DNA of 64,000 nucleotides from Botryllus schlosseri (GCA_051294905.1 CM119376.1:992001-1056000); one strand, 5' to 3'; positions 11,901-20,122 are shown, counted from the first letter of the stretch. The notes: a model not told the origin generated them from the letters alone. Numbers and translations are program-made.

Positions 11901-12537
11901 CATCCATCAACCCATCGTCGGTTACAGTGTAGCTAGTACTGCTTCCAACTTCGGTTCCGTTACCTTGGTCATAATGATTCTCTTCGAGTAATGATGCTAA
12001 AGACAGCTCCTCATTTGCGTTAGACGGGGTTTTGAATTCCGTAGTTACGCCTGGTAATTGTTGGACTTCCTCAATCCATTTCAGCCCTATGATATTAAGT
12101 GGGACTCCTGATCCGGTCACAAATGGAACGGACAGTCCACCAATATCAATCACTACAAAGGAGTCCACTTGGGACGAGCCACCTATTCCAGTCAATTCCA
12201 TGTCTATTGGTTGACGTTTTTCCCAGCTTCGTGGATATTTAGTTATAACGACCTTTTTCATTATCAAATTGGGGATGCTCCCCGTGTCAGCTAGGAATTT
12301 TGTACCAGTTACTGTATCAATTAAATACAACAACTGGCCTCCAAACAATTCCGTAAAATCGGGCTGTAGGGGGTCATCCGGCATATCAAGAAATGTAAAT
12401 AAGGGTAATGATGAGTTATGTACAGTTTTTGTATGTTGAATTATTAAATTGTCTGGGAGCTGATTCACCGGATCAATCAGCACCCCAAGGCGTTTTTTGA
12501 AAGTCGTATACCTTGATTCAGTTCTTCGTCCGTCCAA
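8929..12537 (-). CDS. pol: Pol polyprotein: aspartic protease - insert - RT - RNase H - Tpt1/KptA-like domain; no integrase
   Basis: FLADTGS (12280-12288); RT motifs LDLKKAYFH, MPMGLK, YIDD (10372-10383); Ty3/gypsy-type RNase H TDASD..KEL..TDN..DGLSR (9529-9930); C-terminal ~165 aa with YHCRH, HGHT, LYHMT, HLS motifs. No ATG start; likely expressed by -1 frameshift from gag. Confidence 0.95.
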   Translation of the reverse strand: MDGRRTESRYTTFKKRLGVLIDPVNQLPDNLIIQHTKTVHNSSLPLFTFLDMPDDPLQPDFTELFGGQLLYLIDTVTGTKFLADTGSIPNLIMKKVVITKYPRSWEKRQPIDMELTGIGGSSQVDSFVVIDIGGLSVPFVTGSGVPLNIIGLKWIEEVQQLPGVTTEFKTPSNANEELSLASLLEENHYDQGNGTEVGSSTSYTVTDDGLMDAANQFSVERKMAAGASTGMEITTGASDELKLATNVTQNPWEIIGVETGMPADTVNEDVERGIPAGVKMDLHEKTGPEHSRGCTCPDDNRNPAHSCMATITTDIQSEMSSGENKDLHEKTGPKCLRGCTCPNNLNDSAHSCMTTATVMSTFPKGSIEAAIAGQPDAHPDMSDKESGDFMMHVSPEKGPPAEKESVGVTVGAGTRRDQRHTSKDLALSPPTPKTRSSRISNQPMAGPVTTYVLQKDTHPRVKTELENLCAQSVALAKLPYKPPDLTTPENTIIADDVWKAVYTPFASELEDLRGHLGGPQTMKYKCDIELKDPSTKPFVSGPYNLKGEGQAKALKEAVDNFLDLGVIERGFAEWKLAIFVVPQKMNERQKQEDGWKQAWRVVQNLQPLNAAIKSIEVPPPLVPDVKQLAQGRGVLSLLDLKKAYFHMDVTERSKQYVGIAIKGMHVRWRKMPMGLKTAVALWSANMQECVVKPITEKYQQHMKQVGRTDEENATPMEAYIDDIFLSTKTVEDHLLLLRMVFEQLAKMKLTVSINKCFIGKRRVNLLGATLTGKEIEVQPERIRALRELSPPHNVYELRGWIGALRYISEHIPELSLKLAKFDALTGKVPATQGRVTPVLWTNELLQDFKTAQAALDDAKVLYHLDPNLPIFVETDASDIGFGSIIFQTEKGCKPPFEKVYPIAYYSQKWATPTAKAYDPCTKELKALKDSVEKWQSMLRALPFTIITDNTGVFGLLKRMTDKAKNPSPKPLIQRWLNHLAGFQIKEVVHLSTMQVFTSDGLSRSYWMEMAAGEDDPHVWATIPKKKGVSNRQKRPRPEKIQQMLMYHCRHELCDNSVNGFHPWEDICSIFQKKTGEQMDTDEIQSVMQRCDRAITTEYGMAAAHGHTKGTPPPYCKYEGNEVLYHMTTENNARQIMSAGIERMNRRFIHLSRTPTKKSKRRNVVICMKAANLRNEGLELLQSNVQDVVLCEGPISPTVIQKM
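11479..11697 (-). repeat. In-frame 84-bp direct repeat (period 135 bp) in the protease-RT spacer
   Basis: 11479-11562 and 11614-11697 encode DLHEKTGP..RGCTCP.....AHSCM twice. Confidence 0.9.
12454..12498 (-). promoter_or_regulatory. -1 programmed ribosomal frameshift signal
   Basis: Slippery heptamer A AAA AAC (12492-12498) in the gag frame; pol is in the -1 frame; stem-loop 4-5 nt downstream, UGGGG(U)GCUGAUU / AAUCAGCUCCCA (12454-12487). Confidence 0.85.
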
Positions 12538-15293
12538 TATGGAGCATCATATTGACGCGGCCGATCATGATATTGAGGTTTCGTCCAGGCCACTTGGGTG
12601 TTTCCCCCAGATGGACGTGCAGGTGGTCCATGAGGACCCCATTGATCCCTATCATGCCAGTGGGTTCTGTCTCGGTTTTTTGGCCTGGTATCGTAATAGG
12701 CTTCGCACAAAGCGGTTCTCTGTGTAAACGAGGGTGAACCTTGAGCAGCCAGATATCGATCAAGTCCTTCAATTGTTAGTATGTTATTTCTCGCAAGGAA
12801 CGGTTTCCAGTTTCGTTCTGCAGATTCTTTAACATGAGGGGGTACAGGTCGTGCTCGCCCACGAATTACCCATCCTAATTCCTCATCTCTAGCAAGAACC
12901 TTATCGTTTAGCCACAGTATGAATTTAGCCACGCAATTTCGGGATTGATGTCCCGGTGCCTTACAGTAGTAACAGACGGACAGGGATTGTCCCTGAGTAG
13001 GATTTAGATACAATCCTAGAGGAGCGAAAATATTCGGGTTTCCAAGAAAATTGTATCTCTCACCTTGACTATCCGCAATGTTGCGGGCTTCCTGGCTGCT
13101 GGACGGCGTAATCTGTGAGTTGTCTGCACCCATCCCGGAATCCTGCGTACTCGCCACTCGCGGACTTCGGTTTGAGGTTTCCGGTCCTGGCCTGGCGCGT
13201 GAAGATCTTGTTGTTCTCGTTGGCTGTCCGTCAGGTCTCGATGATGCGTTACGCCCATCCTGTTGGTGTACTGGCCTGGCCCTCGGGCCTTGTCCACGCC
13301 TACCAAATCCATTACCATTCATGATGCGGGTGGGGAATCGATTGTTGCGTGCTTTACGTTGAGGATTCCGACGTTGTAACGGCACCTGGTCTGCATTGGC
13401 AAGTTGACGCGGTGAGGTCCCCCTAGGTGATCCAGGAGGTGTTGCCCCCTCAAAGTTATTCAGTGGTTGTAGGGGCGAGGGTGATTGTACCACCGGCGGT
13501 GGGGTGTCACCAGGTGGAGGAGGAGTGTTGAGCTGACTGTCCTCTCTTCCATGAGTGGGATAACTGTGCACTATTTGTCCTGCAGGTTGAACATTATAAA
13601 TGTGTACTGGCGGCAAGGACGGTTTTGTATCACGTACTTCCTTTGTTTCCTGATACCTGGGGCGCGTCTCTTGCTCGTCCAGAAACTCGGAGTTCCAAAC
13701 AAGTTGTAGTTCCTCCGCAACTTCACGCCATCTTTTATCTTCTTCCCAGCCTCGTAACATCAATCTGAGCGCTTCGGGAAGTCGTTGTCTTAGATTTCGG
13801 AAAAGACGCAATCCATCCGGATTATCATCAATAAAACTATCCATGTCTATTTCTAGTTGTTTCAAAGCGCTATTCAGCAGAGGTAGCGGCTCATCCTCCC
13901 AGCGATAATTCCTGCGGAAATCCCCAATGATTTTTTCATCATTTACCAATCCCTGGGGATTGGATAAGGAAAGAGATCGCATCACCGATTCCCAATCTGC
14001 TTCCCCCGAATTGGTATTAAAAAAATTTCCCAGTTGGGTAGCCTGCTTGTGTCGGCCAGCAGCCCTCAATTTCTTCTGCAGCGCATTAGCCAAAATAACA
14101 TCCACATCCGTATTTCCAGTACCATGGCGTATTCGTCGCATTGAATTCTCCATCCATTTTAGCAATGGCATGTCTCCAGGATCCATCATAAGCTGCAGCA
14201 TTTCTTTTTCTGATTGGATTTTAGTAGATACATTAAGTATTGGGGCTAAAGCACCAGAATTCTTATGTAGCTGTTGCTGCCGTTGTCGCCTAGTCCTTCC
14301 CCCATTCTCTTTTGGAGTGGAGGTAGCGCGAGGTGTATCAGGAGAACGAGAGATATCGGCAGGTTCCTCATCGCTAGAGTCATCCGCAGAATCCTGGGAG
14401 CTGGCACCGCCCCGTAGAGACCTTATATTATCTCTTAATTCCTTGGAAAGATGCTTTAATCGAGTCTGAAAGTCGACCTCACTGTCTTCTGCGGCAGATT
14501 GTTCCTCGCCTGGACTACGAAAGGTTACACGTTGTGAAGCGCCATCCGCTTTTATACGAGATTCTGTCGCCGAATTGCGGCGTTCTGGCCAACCTTGATA
14601 TCCCCTATAGTTACTCAAGGAACTTTTTGCAGGTTTCGCCCTTGTTCCCATCGTTGTTGGGTTACCATCTTTTTGTTTGCGGCGCGCACCACTGCCAATA
14701 TGGAAGCATGATGTCGTCCCCATTCGAGAGTCTGACAACGAGGACGAATCAGAACGTGGTAGCTTAGGATAGACGGCCGTCACAGTATGACAATCCAGAC
14801 CCTTACGGACCGTCATTGTTGGTCCTGGTTGTACGTCATCCGACGGCTGCTCAGCGAGCGGGACGTAAGCCGGAGGATCATGTTCTGGTGCATTTGGAGT
14901 TACTGTCAAAACGGGAGATTGGACGCTCTCTCGCGTAGCCTGAGCATGCGACCTTCCGAGCTCGAACTCTGACGTAAGGATGTCATTCAGCACGTCGGTG
15001 GAGACCTTCCCGCTAACTCTTGTTGTGGCATCACAAACAGCTTTGAGGTCTGCTTGAGCTTTTCGAACCTCTTTCTTTGCCTTTTCTAACCCTTTCATGG
15101 TTTCCGGCAGAGCTGTCTTTACCTCTTTCAATAGCTCTGTTTGTTCAGCCACGTCCTTAGCCAGTTGTCTTTCTTGTCGCCGGACATCTTCATGGCGTTT
15201 TTGTGTAGCTTTAAGCAAGGTAATCCCTTGTTTGAGTTCGTCTGTTGCTTCTGATGGCTTTTTCCTTTTTAATGCTTTCAACATCCTACGCAT
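12477..15293 (-). CDS. gag: Gag-like protein (938 aa)
   Basis: N-terminal coiled coil, PPAY late-domain-type motif (14865-14876), helical central region, Pro- and Arg-rich segments, CCHC knuckle CYYCKAPGHQSRNC (12933-12974); overlaps pol at the frameshift. Confidence 0.88.
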   Translation of the reverse strand: MRRMLKALKRKKPSEATDELKQGITLLKATQKRHEDVRRQERQLAKDVAEQTELLKEVKTALPETMKGLEKAKKEVRKAQADLKAVCDATTRVSGKVSTDVLNDILTSEFELGRSHAQATRESVQSPVLTVTPNAPEHDPPAYVPLAEQPSDDVQPGPTMTVRKGLDCHTVTAVYPKLPRSDSSSLSDSRMGTTSCFHIGSGARRKQKDGNPTTMGTRAKPAKSSLSNYRGYQGWPERRNSATESRIKADGASQRVTFRSPGEEQSAAEDSEVDFQTRLKHLSKELRDNIRSLRGGASSQDSADDSSDEEPADISRSPDTPRATSTPKENGGRTRRQRQQQLHKNSGALAPILNVSTKIQSEKEMLQLMMDPGDMPLLKWMENSMRRIRHGTGNTDVDVILANALQKKLRAAGRHKQATQLGNFFNTNSGEADWESVMRSLSLSNPQGLVNDEKIIGDFRRNYRWEDEPLPLLNSALKQLEIDMDSFIDDNPDGLRLFRNLRQRLPEALRLMLRGWEEDKRWREVAEELQLVWNSEFLDEQETRPRYQETKEVRDTKPSLPPVHIYNVQPAGQIVHSYPTHGREDSQLNTPPPPGDTPPPVVQSPSPLQPLNNFEGATPPGSPRGTSPRQLANADQVPLQRRNPQRKARNNRFPTRIMNGNGFGRRGQGPRARPVHQQDGRNASSRPDGQPTRTTRSSRARPGPETSNRSPRVASTQDSGMGADNSQITPSSSQEARNIADSQGERYNFLGNPNIFAPLGLYLNPTQGQSLSVCYYCKAPGHQSRNCVAKFILWLNDKVLARDEELGWVIRGRARPVPPHVKESAERNWKPFLARNNILTIEGLDRYLAAQGSPSFTQRTALCEAYYDTRPKNRDRTHWHDRDQWGPHGPPARPSGGNTQVAWTKPQYHDRPRQYDAPYWTDEELNQGIRLSKNALGC

Positions 15294-15301
15294 AGTCCTT
15301 C

Positions 15302-15571
15302 CTATTGGCTGGAGAAAGTACTGTTGACAGAAGTTATTAGATCAGGTGAAGATATATTAAAATGGATTGTAGATCCTTGCGGCGTAATCGTGGGAGGAAC
15401 GTAAGCAGTAGATGCGCTGCTGTTGGATCCCAAAAATACGTTCAATAGATTAGAAAGCGCTCCAGGCGATACGTGCAGATAGATTGCTGCCAATATAATC
15501 AGGAGAGATATAGAAGATGAAAGCAAGGATACGACAAGTACAAGTTTTACGATGGTCGTCTTAGAAAGCAT
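15302..15571 (-). CDS. ORF0: 89-aa predicted single-pass membrane protein between PBS and gag
   Basis: ATG 30 nt after the PBS, stop 8 nt before the gag ATG; hydrophobic IVKLVLVVSLLSSSISLLIILAAIYL. Confidence 0.6.
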   Translation of the reverse strand: MLSKTTIVKLVLVVSLLSSSISLLIILAAIYLHVSPGALSNLLNVFLGSNSSASTAYVPPTITPQGSTIHFNISSPDLITSVNSTFSSQ

Positions 15572-15600
15572 CGATTGGTCAACGTCTGTACACCGGAAGT

Positions 15601-15619
15601 ATCCCCGTACTGGCCACCA
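15601..15619 (-). promoter_or_regulatory. Primer-binding site complementary to tRNA-Ile(AAU) 3' end
   Basis: Minus strand TGGTGGCCAGTACGGGGAT is complementary to ...AUCCCCGUACUGGCCACCA, the metazoan tRNA-Ile(AAU) 3' end as I recall it, including the post-transcriptional CCA. Confidence 0.88.
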
Positions 15620-16352
15620 ATTTTGTTTTTAAAGTGCAGCTCCACAACGATTGTTGTGCGAGTAGTCCACACTTGTTCGGGTTACTTCCTAGTAAAGCGT
15701 TGCCTTTCGTTTGCTTTAGTATCCTGACGACGTCTGTAAATGGTGATTGGAGCAACAACAGTGGTAGGATTGTTTCTTCTCAAGTTGACAATGACCCTGG
15801 GGTCCAGAATTTTAATCTACCTTTATCTACTGATAATCTAGAAGCTTAATACAACCAAATACTCCAATCAATTAATCATGTAGACGGAAATGAAGTAACT
15901 CTATGCAAAACTTGGTTAAATTGGCATACACATCATTCATCAATTATAACACAAGGCATGGTTTAACCTATACATCATCATACATGATTAATAAACATTT
16001 TCAATACTCCAAGGTTTGTTTACGCGTATAATTCATGCGACGGCCTGTCCTGCCGTAAATATCAATTACATTTCAAATATTTTGTAACTCCATTCAGCAT
16101 CATAATCCTCAATATTATCGTGATCATAATATTTCAAAGTAACATATCAACATTAAGGACGTCATGTCTTCAGTGCAATCAAAATCACTATGATCCTACT
16201 AATCAGACCGCATGATACTACCCTTAACTAAGATGCCACTTAATACAGGCATTGCTGATTGTTCAAACAGTTTTTAGTGTTCATTATTTAGTTAATTTAA
16301 TGGTATTGTTGTTTAAGATTTTATAAGATTTTATATTGTTTTTCAATAATTA

Positions 16353-16476
16353 TTTATTTAGCCTATAATAAGGGTTCGCACCGTAAACTTCGGATTTTGT
16401 TTCCCTAAAACTAGGGCTTCGATCCCTAGGGTCCTGCTTAAAAATAAGGGCGTAGCAGTGTATAACGCCTTATATA
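16353..16476 (-). promoter_or_regulatory. Candidate genomic-RNA promoter / R region: TATA, hairpin, poly(A) signal
   Basis: TATATAAG (16469-16476), CTAGGG/CCCTAG stem (16411-16429), AATAAA (16353-16358), in that order upstream of the PBS. AT-rich context lowers specificity. Confidence 0.4.
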
Positions 16477-16757
16477 CATACTGTAGGGATGACGAGGCCC
16501 CACAGTATTAAACATCATTCGCAGTCACAAATTAGCAATAATCAGTACCAACTGTGAAACATTTCTGAATGTAGGTTGACCAAATCCTTTTAATAAACTG
16601 TGATCGTTACGAAATCAATTCACCGTGCGACAAAATACAATAAAATTACTCTACGCAAGACGCAATAGAGATTCTTGACCATTCTATATTCCGTAGGCCA
16701 GTTATAACACTTTATATACATACATGAAAACAATAGCATTCATGGGCTTAATATTTC

Positions 16758-17207
16758 TCATTGAACTAGGACATCTATAGTATCCTCAGGGTAAAAGGGT
16801 TCCGTAGATTCGGCTTGTTCTTTCACCCATTCATCCGTTATCAAATTTTCCATAGGATGCATTCGAGCCATATAGTTGAACCACAAAAGTTTAGCCCTTT
16901 CATAATTTCCATAGGCCATTTCTTTTATCATTTTGTGGTTTTCTAATATTCCTGGGTAGTCAATAACAAAGGGCTTTTCATCGGAAAGGGTTTCGTTAAC
17001 CCGTTTGCAAAAACATTTCAATCCAAGTTTGATATATTTGGGTGGAGTCTTTGACCACTCGTACCATCTATGAGAGGGGAGTATTCTCGCTTCATATCGC
17101 TCTTTGAATAGCCAAAAATAAAATATCAAATCTTGTTCCGCTACATTAGATCCAACTATTCTGGTGACATCAACATCACCATTATCATTTATCACCGCGT
17201 TATTCAT
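16758..17207 (-). CDS. Unknown protein, family A subtype 2 (149 aa)
   Basis: Shares F..F...YE, RW..W..T.P, Y..AK.LW....RMHP..E.W with 19120-19515. Confidence 0.8.
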   Translation of the reverse strand: MNNAVINDNGDVDVTRIVGSNVAEQDLIFYFWLFKERYEARILPSHRWYEWSKTPPKYIKLGLKCFCKRVNETLSDEKPFVIDYPGILENHKMIKEMAYGNYERAKLLWFNYMARMHPMENLITDEWVKEQAESTEPFYPEDTIDVLVQ

Positions 17208-17370
17208 ACTGAATTTTCTGAAAGAAATTAATCATCCAGGTAAGGGTCTATTTAGTCATGCAAACGGAAATGAATTAACTCAATGTAATACTTAATCAAA
17301 TTGGCATACATGTCATACATAATTAATAGACATTTAATTTAGCAAACAATAAAATGTACAATTTATGCAT

Positions 17371-17829
17371 TCATTGTTCATAATTATCACATCCATTACA
17401 TTTCATTTTATGTATAAGTATAGCAGCTCTCACATCAGAGGGAAAAGTATCATAAAAGAGTTTATCCGTGGTGTAAATACAAAATCCAGTTCTATCAGAA
17501 CAAGGCATTCTTTCCAACACCCATCCTTCGGGTATCACATCTGAGGCAGGATGCAATCCAACACAGAAGACGAACCAACAAAATTTAGCATGTTCATAAT
17601 TTTCAAACAATATCATGCGGGCGATGGATAAATGCTTTTTGTATAGCGCATCAAACAGTTTGTCGGATACTCTCAGATTGCAAATCCTCAAGTAAGGTGT
17701 CATAAATATCTCCAGTTCATCCCGTGTTGTTGCAGCCCACTTGCCAAAGTCTTTGTGTTCATATTTCTTTTCAAAGGAATCAAAGAAAACGTCAAGTTCA
17801 TGCTTTGCTCTAGCAATTTTATCCCCCAT
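17371..17829 (-). CDS. Unknown protein, family A subtype 1 (152 aa)
   Basis: Shares KLFD.LY..H..IAR, W F...LHPA...PE...ER.P with 19521-19976. Confidence 0.8.
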   Translation of the reverse strand: MGDKIARAKHELDVFFDSFEKKYEHKDFGKWAATTRDELEIFMTPYLRICNLRVSDKLFDALYKKHLSIARMILFENYEHAKFCWFVFCVGLHPASDVIPEGWVLERMPCSDRTGFCIYTTDKLFYDTFPSDVRAAILIHKMKCNGCDNYEQ

Positions 17830-17966
17830 ATTTTCTTAATATAGAGAATTTTATATTGATTATTAGACCAGAACTTTCCTTAATAACATTTCCTACACTC
17901 ATATGAGTATAACAACACTTCTAGAGTATTCAATAATTGTGATAAGCATACTATATACATAACAAT

Positions 17967-18461
17967 TTACTGTGCATACATATCAGTCCATTTTCGTGCC
18001 GTCTTCTGATAACTATCATAATCATCCCGATACAGTCTGGCGCTTTCAACATCCATTGGATCTTCTGGGTTAGGGGAAGCCAGCAATGACGAAATTGAGA
18101 CCAACACCTTGCCCATCGTTAAAGCAGGTGACCATTCATTTGCAAGAATGTCAATACATATGGTACCCTTACGGCTTATATTCGGATGAAAAATTTTGGT
18201 CTCAAATTTGATCTTCGGAGGCTTGAATGGATATTCCGTTGGAAATTCGATTCTAAGGAGAAATGTCCCTTTTTCATATGGTGTTTTTGAGGGTCCGCGC
18301 AAAAGTGCTTGCCAAATATAGATATCTGACTCGTCCATCGGCCCTGCTTGCAAAATGACAGGATTTGTTTGAATTTCTTGATCGATCTTTCGCCGTTCAA
18401 CATGTAACCTATGTCTTGCCATTCGGTGTAGATTAATATTATCCAACAAGACTTGATACAC
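17967..18461 (-). CDS. UBE2D: Intronless E2 ubiquitin-conjugating enzyme, UBE2D/Ubc4-5-like
   Basis: GP..TPYE.G.F, YPFKPPKI.F.TKIFHPNI, catalytic Cys in ICIDIL, WSPALT, SLLASPNPEDP. Real start probably MARHRL. Confidence 0.93.
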   Translation of the reverse strand: MYQVLLDNINLHRMARHRLHVERRKIDQEIQTNPVILQAGPMDESDIYIWQALLRGPSKTPYEKGTFLLRIEFPTEYPFKPPKIKFETKIFHPNISRKGTICIDILANEWSPALTMGKVLVSISSLLASPNPEDPMDVESARLYRDDYDSYQKTARKWTDMYAQ

Positions 18462-18483
18462 ACAGAAAGAAAAAAAAATATTA

Positions 18484-19008
18484 TTAATTCAGTCGTTTAT
18501 CCATAGTATACATGGCCCGTGAAAAACCGGCAATAGTTTTGCTAGTAATGTTCCAATCTTCATCAACATTAGCTATAGCCAACACATATCGTAGAAATAC
18601 ATACAAGTAGTATGCAGGGCTCTCTCCAAAGTTTTCTTCCACAATTTGCTCCAGTACTCTTTTGGCGCATTCCAATTGTTCCGCCACCTCATGGTCCCGG
18701 TATAGCCAGACAAGAAAATCTTTCAATACATACTCCATGTCATTGGCTGTCAACTTCGGAAAGTTTTCTATTCTTTCTTTTATTCGTTCATGTACAACTC
18801 CCATCTTTAGCCAAGCAACTCTGCTGTCAGGTATCGTAGGGTATAGACACGGTCTGAACTTGTTCCGATTCAATTCCTTCTTCTGTGGGTCTTTAGGCAC
18901 ATACTCATACTTTTCATGATTAACTTCCAACATGCCACAGTCAAAGATCAAATAAATTATTAATGTCTTAAAATTCTTACACAAAAAAACCCAAACATTA
19001 TTAAACAT
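18484..19008 (-). CDS. Unknown helical protein (149-174 aa)
   Basis: Open frame packed between neighbours in the same orientation; no recognised motif. Confidence 0.65.
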   Translation of the reverse strand: MFNNVWVFLCKNFKTLIIYLIFDCGMLEVNHEKYEYVPKDPQKKELNRNKFRPCLYPTIPDSRVAWLKMGVVHERIKERIENFPKLTANDMEYVLKDFLVWLYRDHEVAEQLECAKRVLEQIVEENFGESPAYYLYVFLRYVLAIANVDEDWNITSKTIAGFSRAMYTMDKRLN

Positions 19009-19119
19009 TCAACGAATCTTAATCAGCAAACCAACTTAATTACACACATAAAAGTTTTTAATTCTAGTTGTTATATTAGATATAGTGGAAAATCTGATGC
19101 AGTATATGTATCATTTCAG

Positions 19120-19515
19120 TTAATCATCTTTCAAACATCCTTTTATCCATTGTTCTGAAAAGCTCTCCTTCAGGGGATGCATACGAACAATATGTTGGTA
19201 CCAAAGAAATTTGGCTTCCTTATAGTCTCCCAGTGTAATAATTGCAATCCTATTATGTTCCTTGATAGCAGCATGATACCCCAGAGCCTTGCCTTGCGGA
19301 GATAATGCACTCCCATAAACTTTGTCAACATACAGCGTCAGCATTCCAACAATGTCATTGGGTCTTGTCATAGCCCATCTTTGCCATCTGTCGGAAATTT
19401 CCACATCTTCTTCATAATATTTACAGAACATGTCAAAATAATATTTCAAGTCGCACACTGCGGATTCATATTCCGTTTGCAATAATTCCTGGTTACTTAT
19501 GGTTCTTCGAGACAT
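19120..19515 (-). CDS. Unknown protein, family A subtype 2 (131 aa)
   Basis: Paralog of 16758-17207. Confidence 0.8.
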   Translation of the reverse strand: MSRRTISNQELLQTEYESAVCDLKYYFDMFCKYYEEDVEISDRWQRWAMTRPNDIVGMLTLYVDKVYGSALSPQGKALGYHAAIKEHNRIAIITLGDYKEAKFLWYQHIVRMHPLKESFSEQWIKGCLKDD

Positions 19516-19520
19516 TCCTC

Positions 19521-19976
19521 TTAATCGCGTAATATAACGATTTTCGAAAAAGCGTCTTCTAAAATTGGAACAGCAACAGTTTCAAATTCTCGAGCATTCA
19601 GAAGTAATGTTGCAGAATCTTTTAATTCCATTTGTGGTAATCTTTCATCCAGAAATTCTTCTGGTAGATATTTATGAGCCGGATGTAATTTTAGAACAAG
19701 TCCAAACCATGTATATTGGGCCAGATCAAAATCTTTTGTAACAAAAACGCGAGCAATATCACTATGTGCGTCATAAAGTTTATCAAAAAGCTTTTCTGTC
19801 ACATTCGCAAAACAATGATGAAGGTATTTCTTTATTAATTGTTTGAATTTTTCCTTTGGGGTATTTTTCCATATCTCAAAATTTTGATGATGGTATTCCT
19901 GTTCAAATTCATCATAGTATTCATTAATTTGTTTCTTGGCTAGCGTAATTTCCCAATTCTCTAATACTCTAGTCAT
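19521..19976 (-). CDS. Unknown protein, family A subtype 1 (151 aa)
   Basis: Paralog of 17371-17829. Confidence 0.8.
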   Translation of the reverse strand: MTRVLENWEITLAKKQINEYYDEFEQEYHHQNFEIWKNTPKEKFKQLIKKYLHHCFANVTEKLFDKLYDAHSDIARVFVTKDFDLAQYTWFGLVLKLHPAHKYLPEEFLDERLPQMELKDSATLLLNAREFETVAVPILEDAFSKIVILRD

Positions 19977-20122
19977 CTTAATACAGAATAAAATACTTTA
20001 AAATCGTATGTTCAATTTTACGAATAATTGATTCATACACGCAAAAGTAACTAGTAACATTATGCATCATACATATGTATCAAGAACATTCATGCCACAA
20101 AATAATAGTCCTGCCTGCTCCA

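Noticed and set aside
9091-15327. Plus-strand ORFs of 60-180 aa overlapping gag and pol
   Set aside because: Antisense shadows of long coding frames with no recognisable domains; the same applies to plus-strand ORFs over env and the accessory genes.
15620-16750. Conventional LTR pair around gag-pol
   Set aside because: No second copy of this region found by eye downstream of pol or elsewhere in the window.
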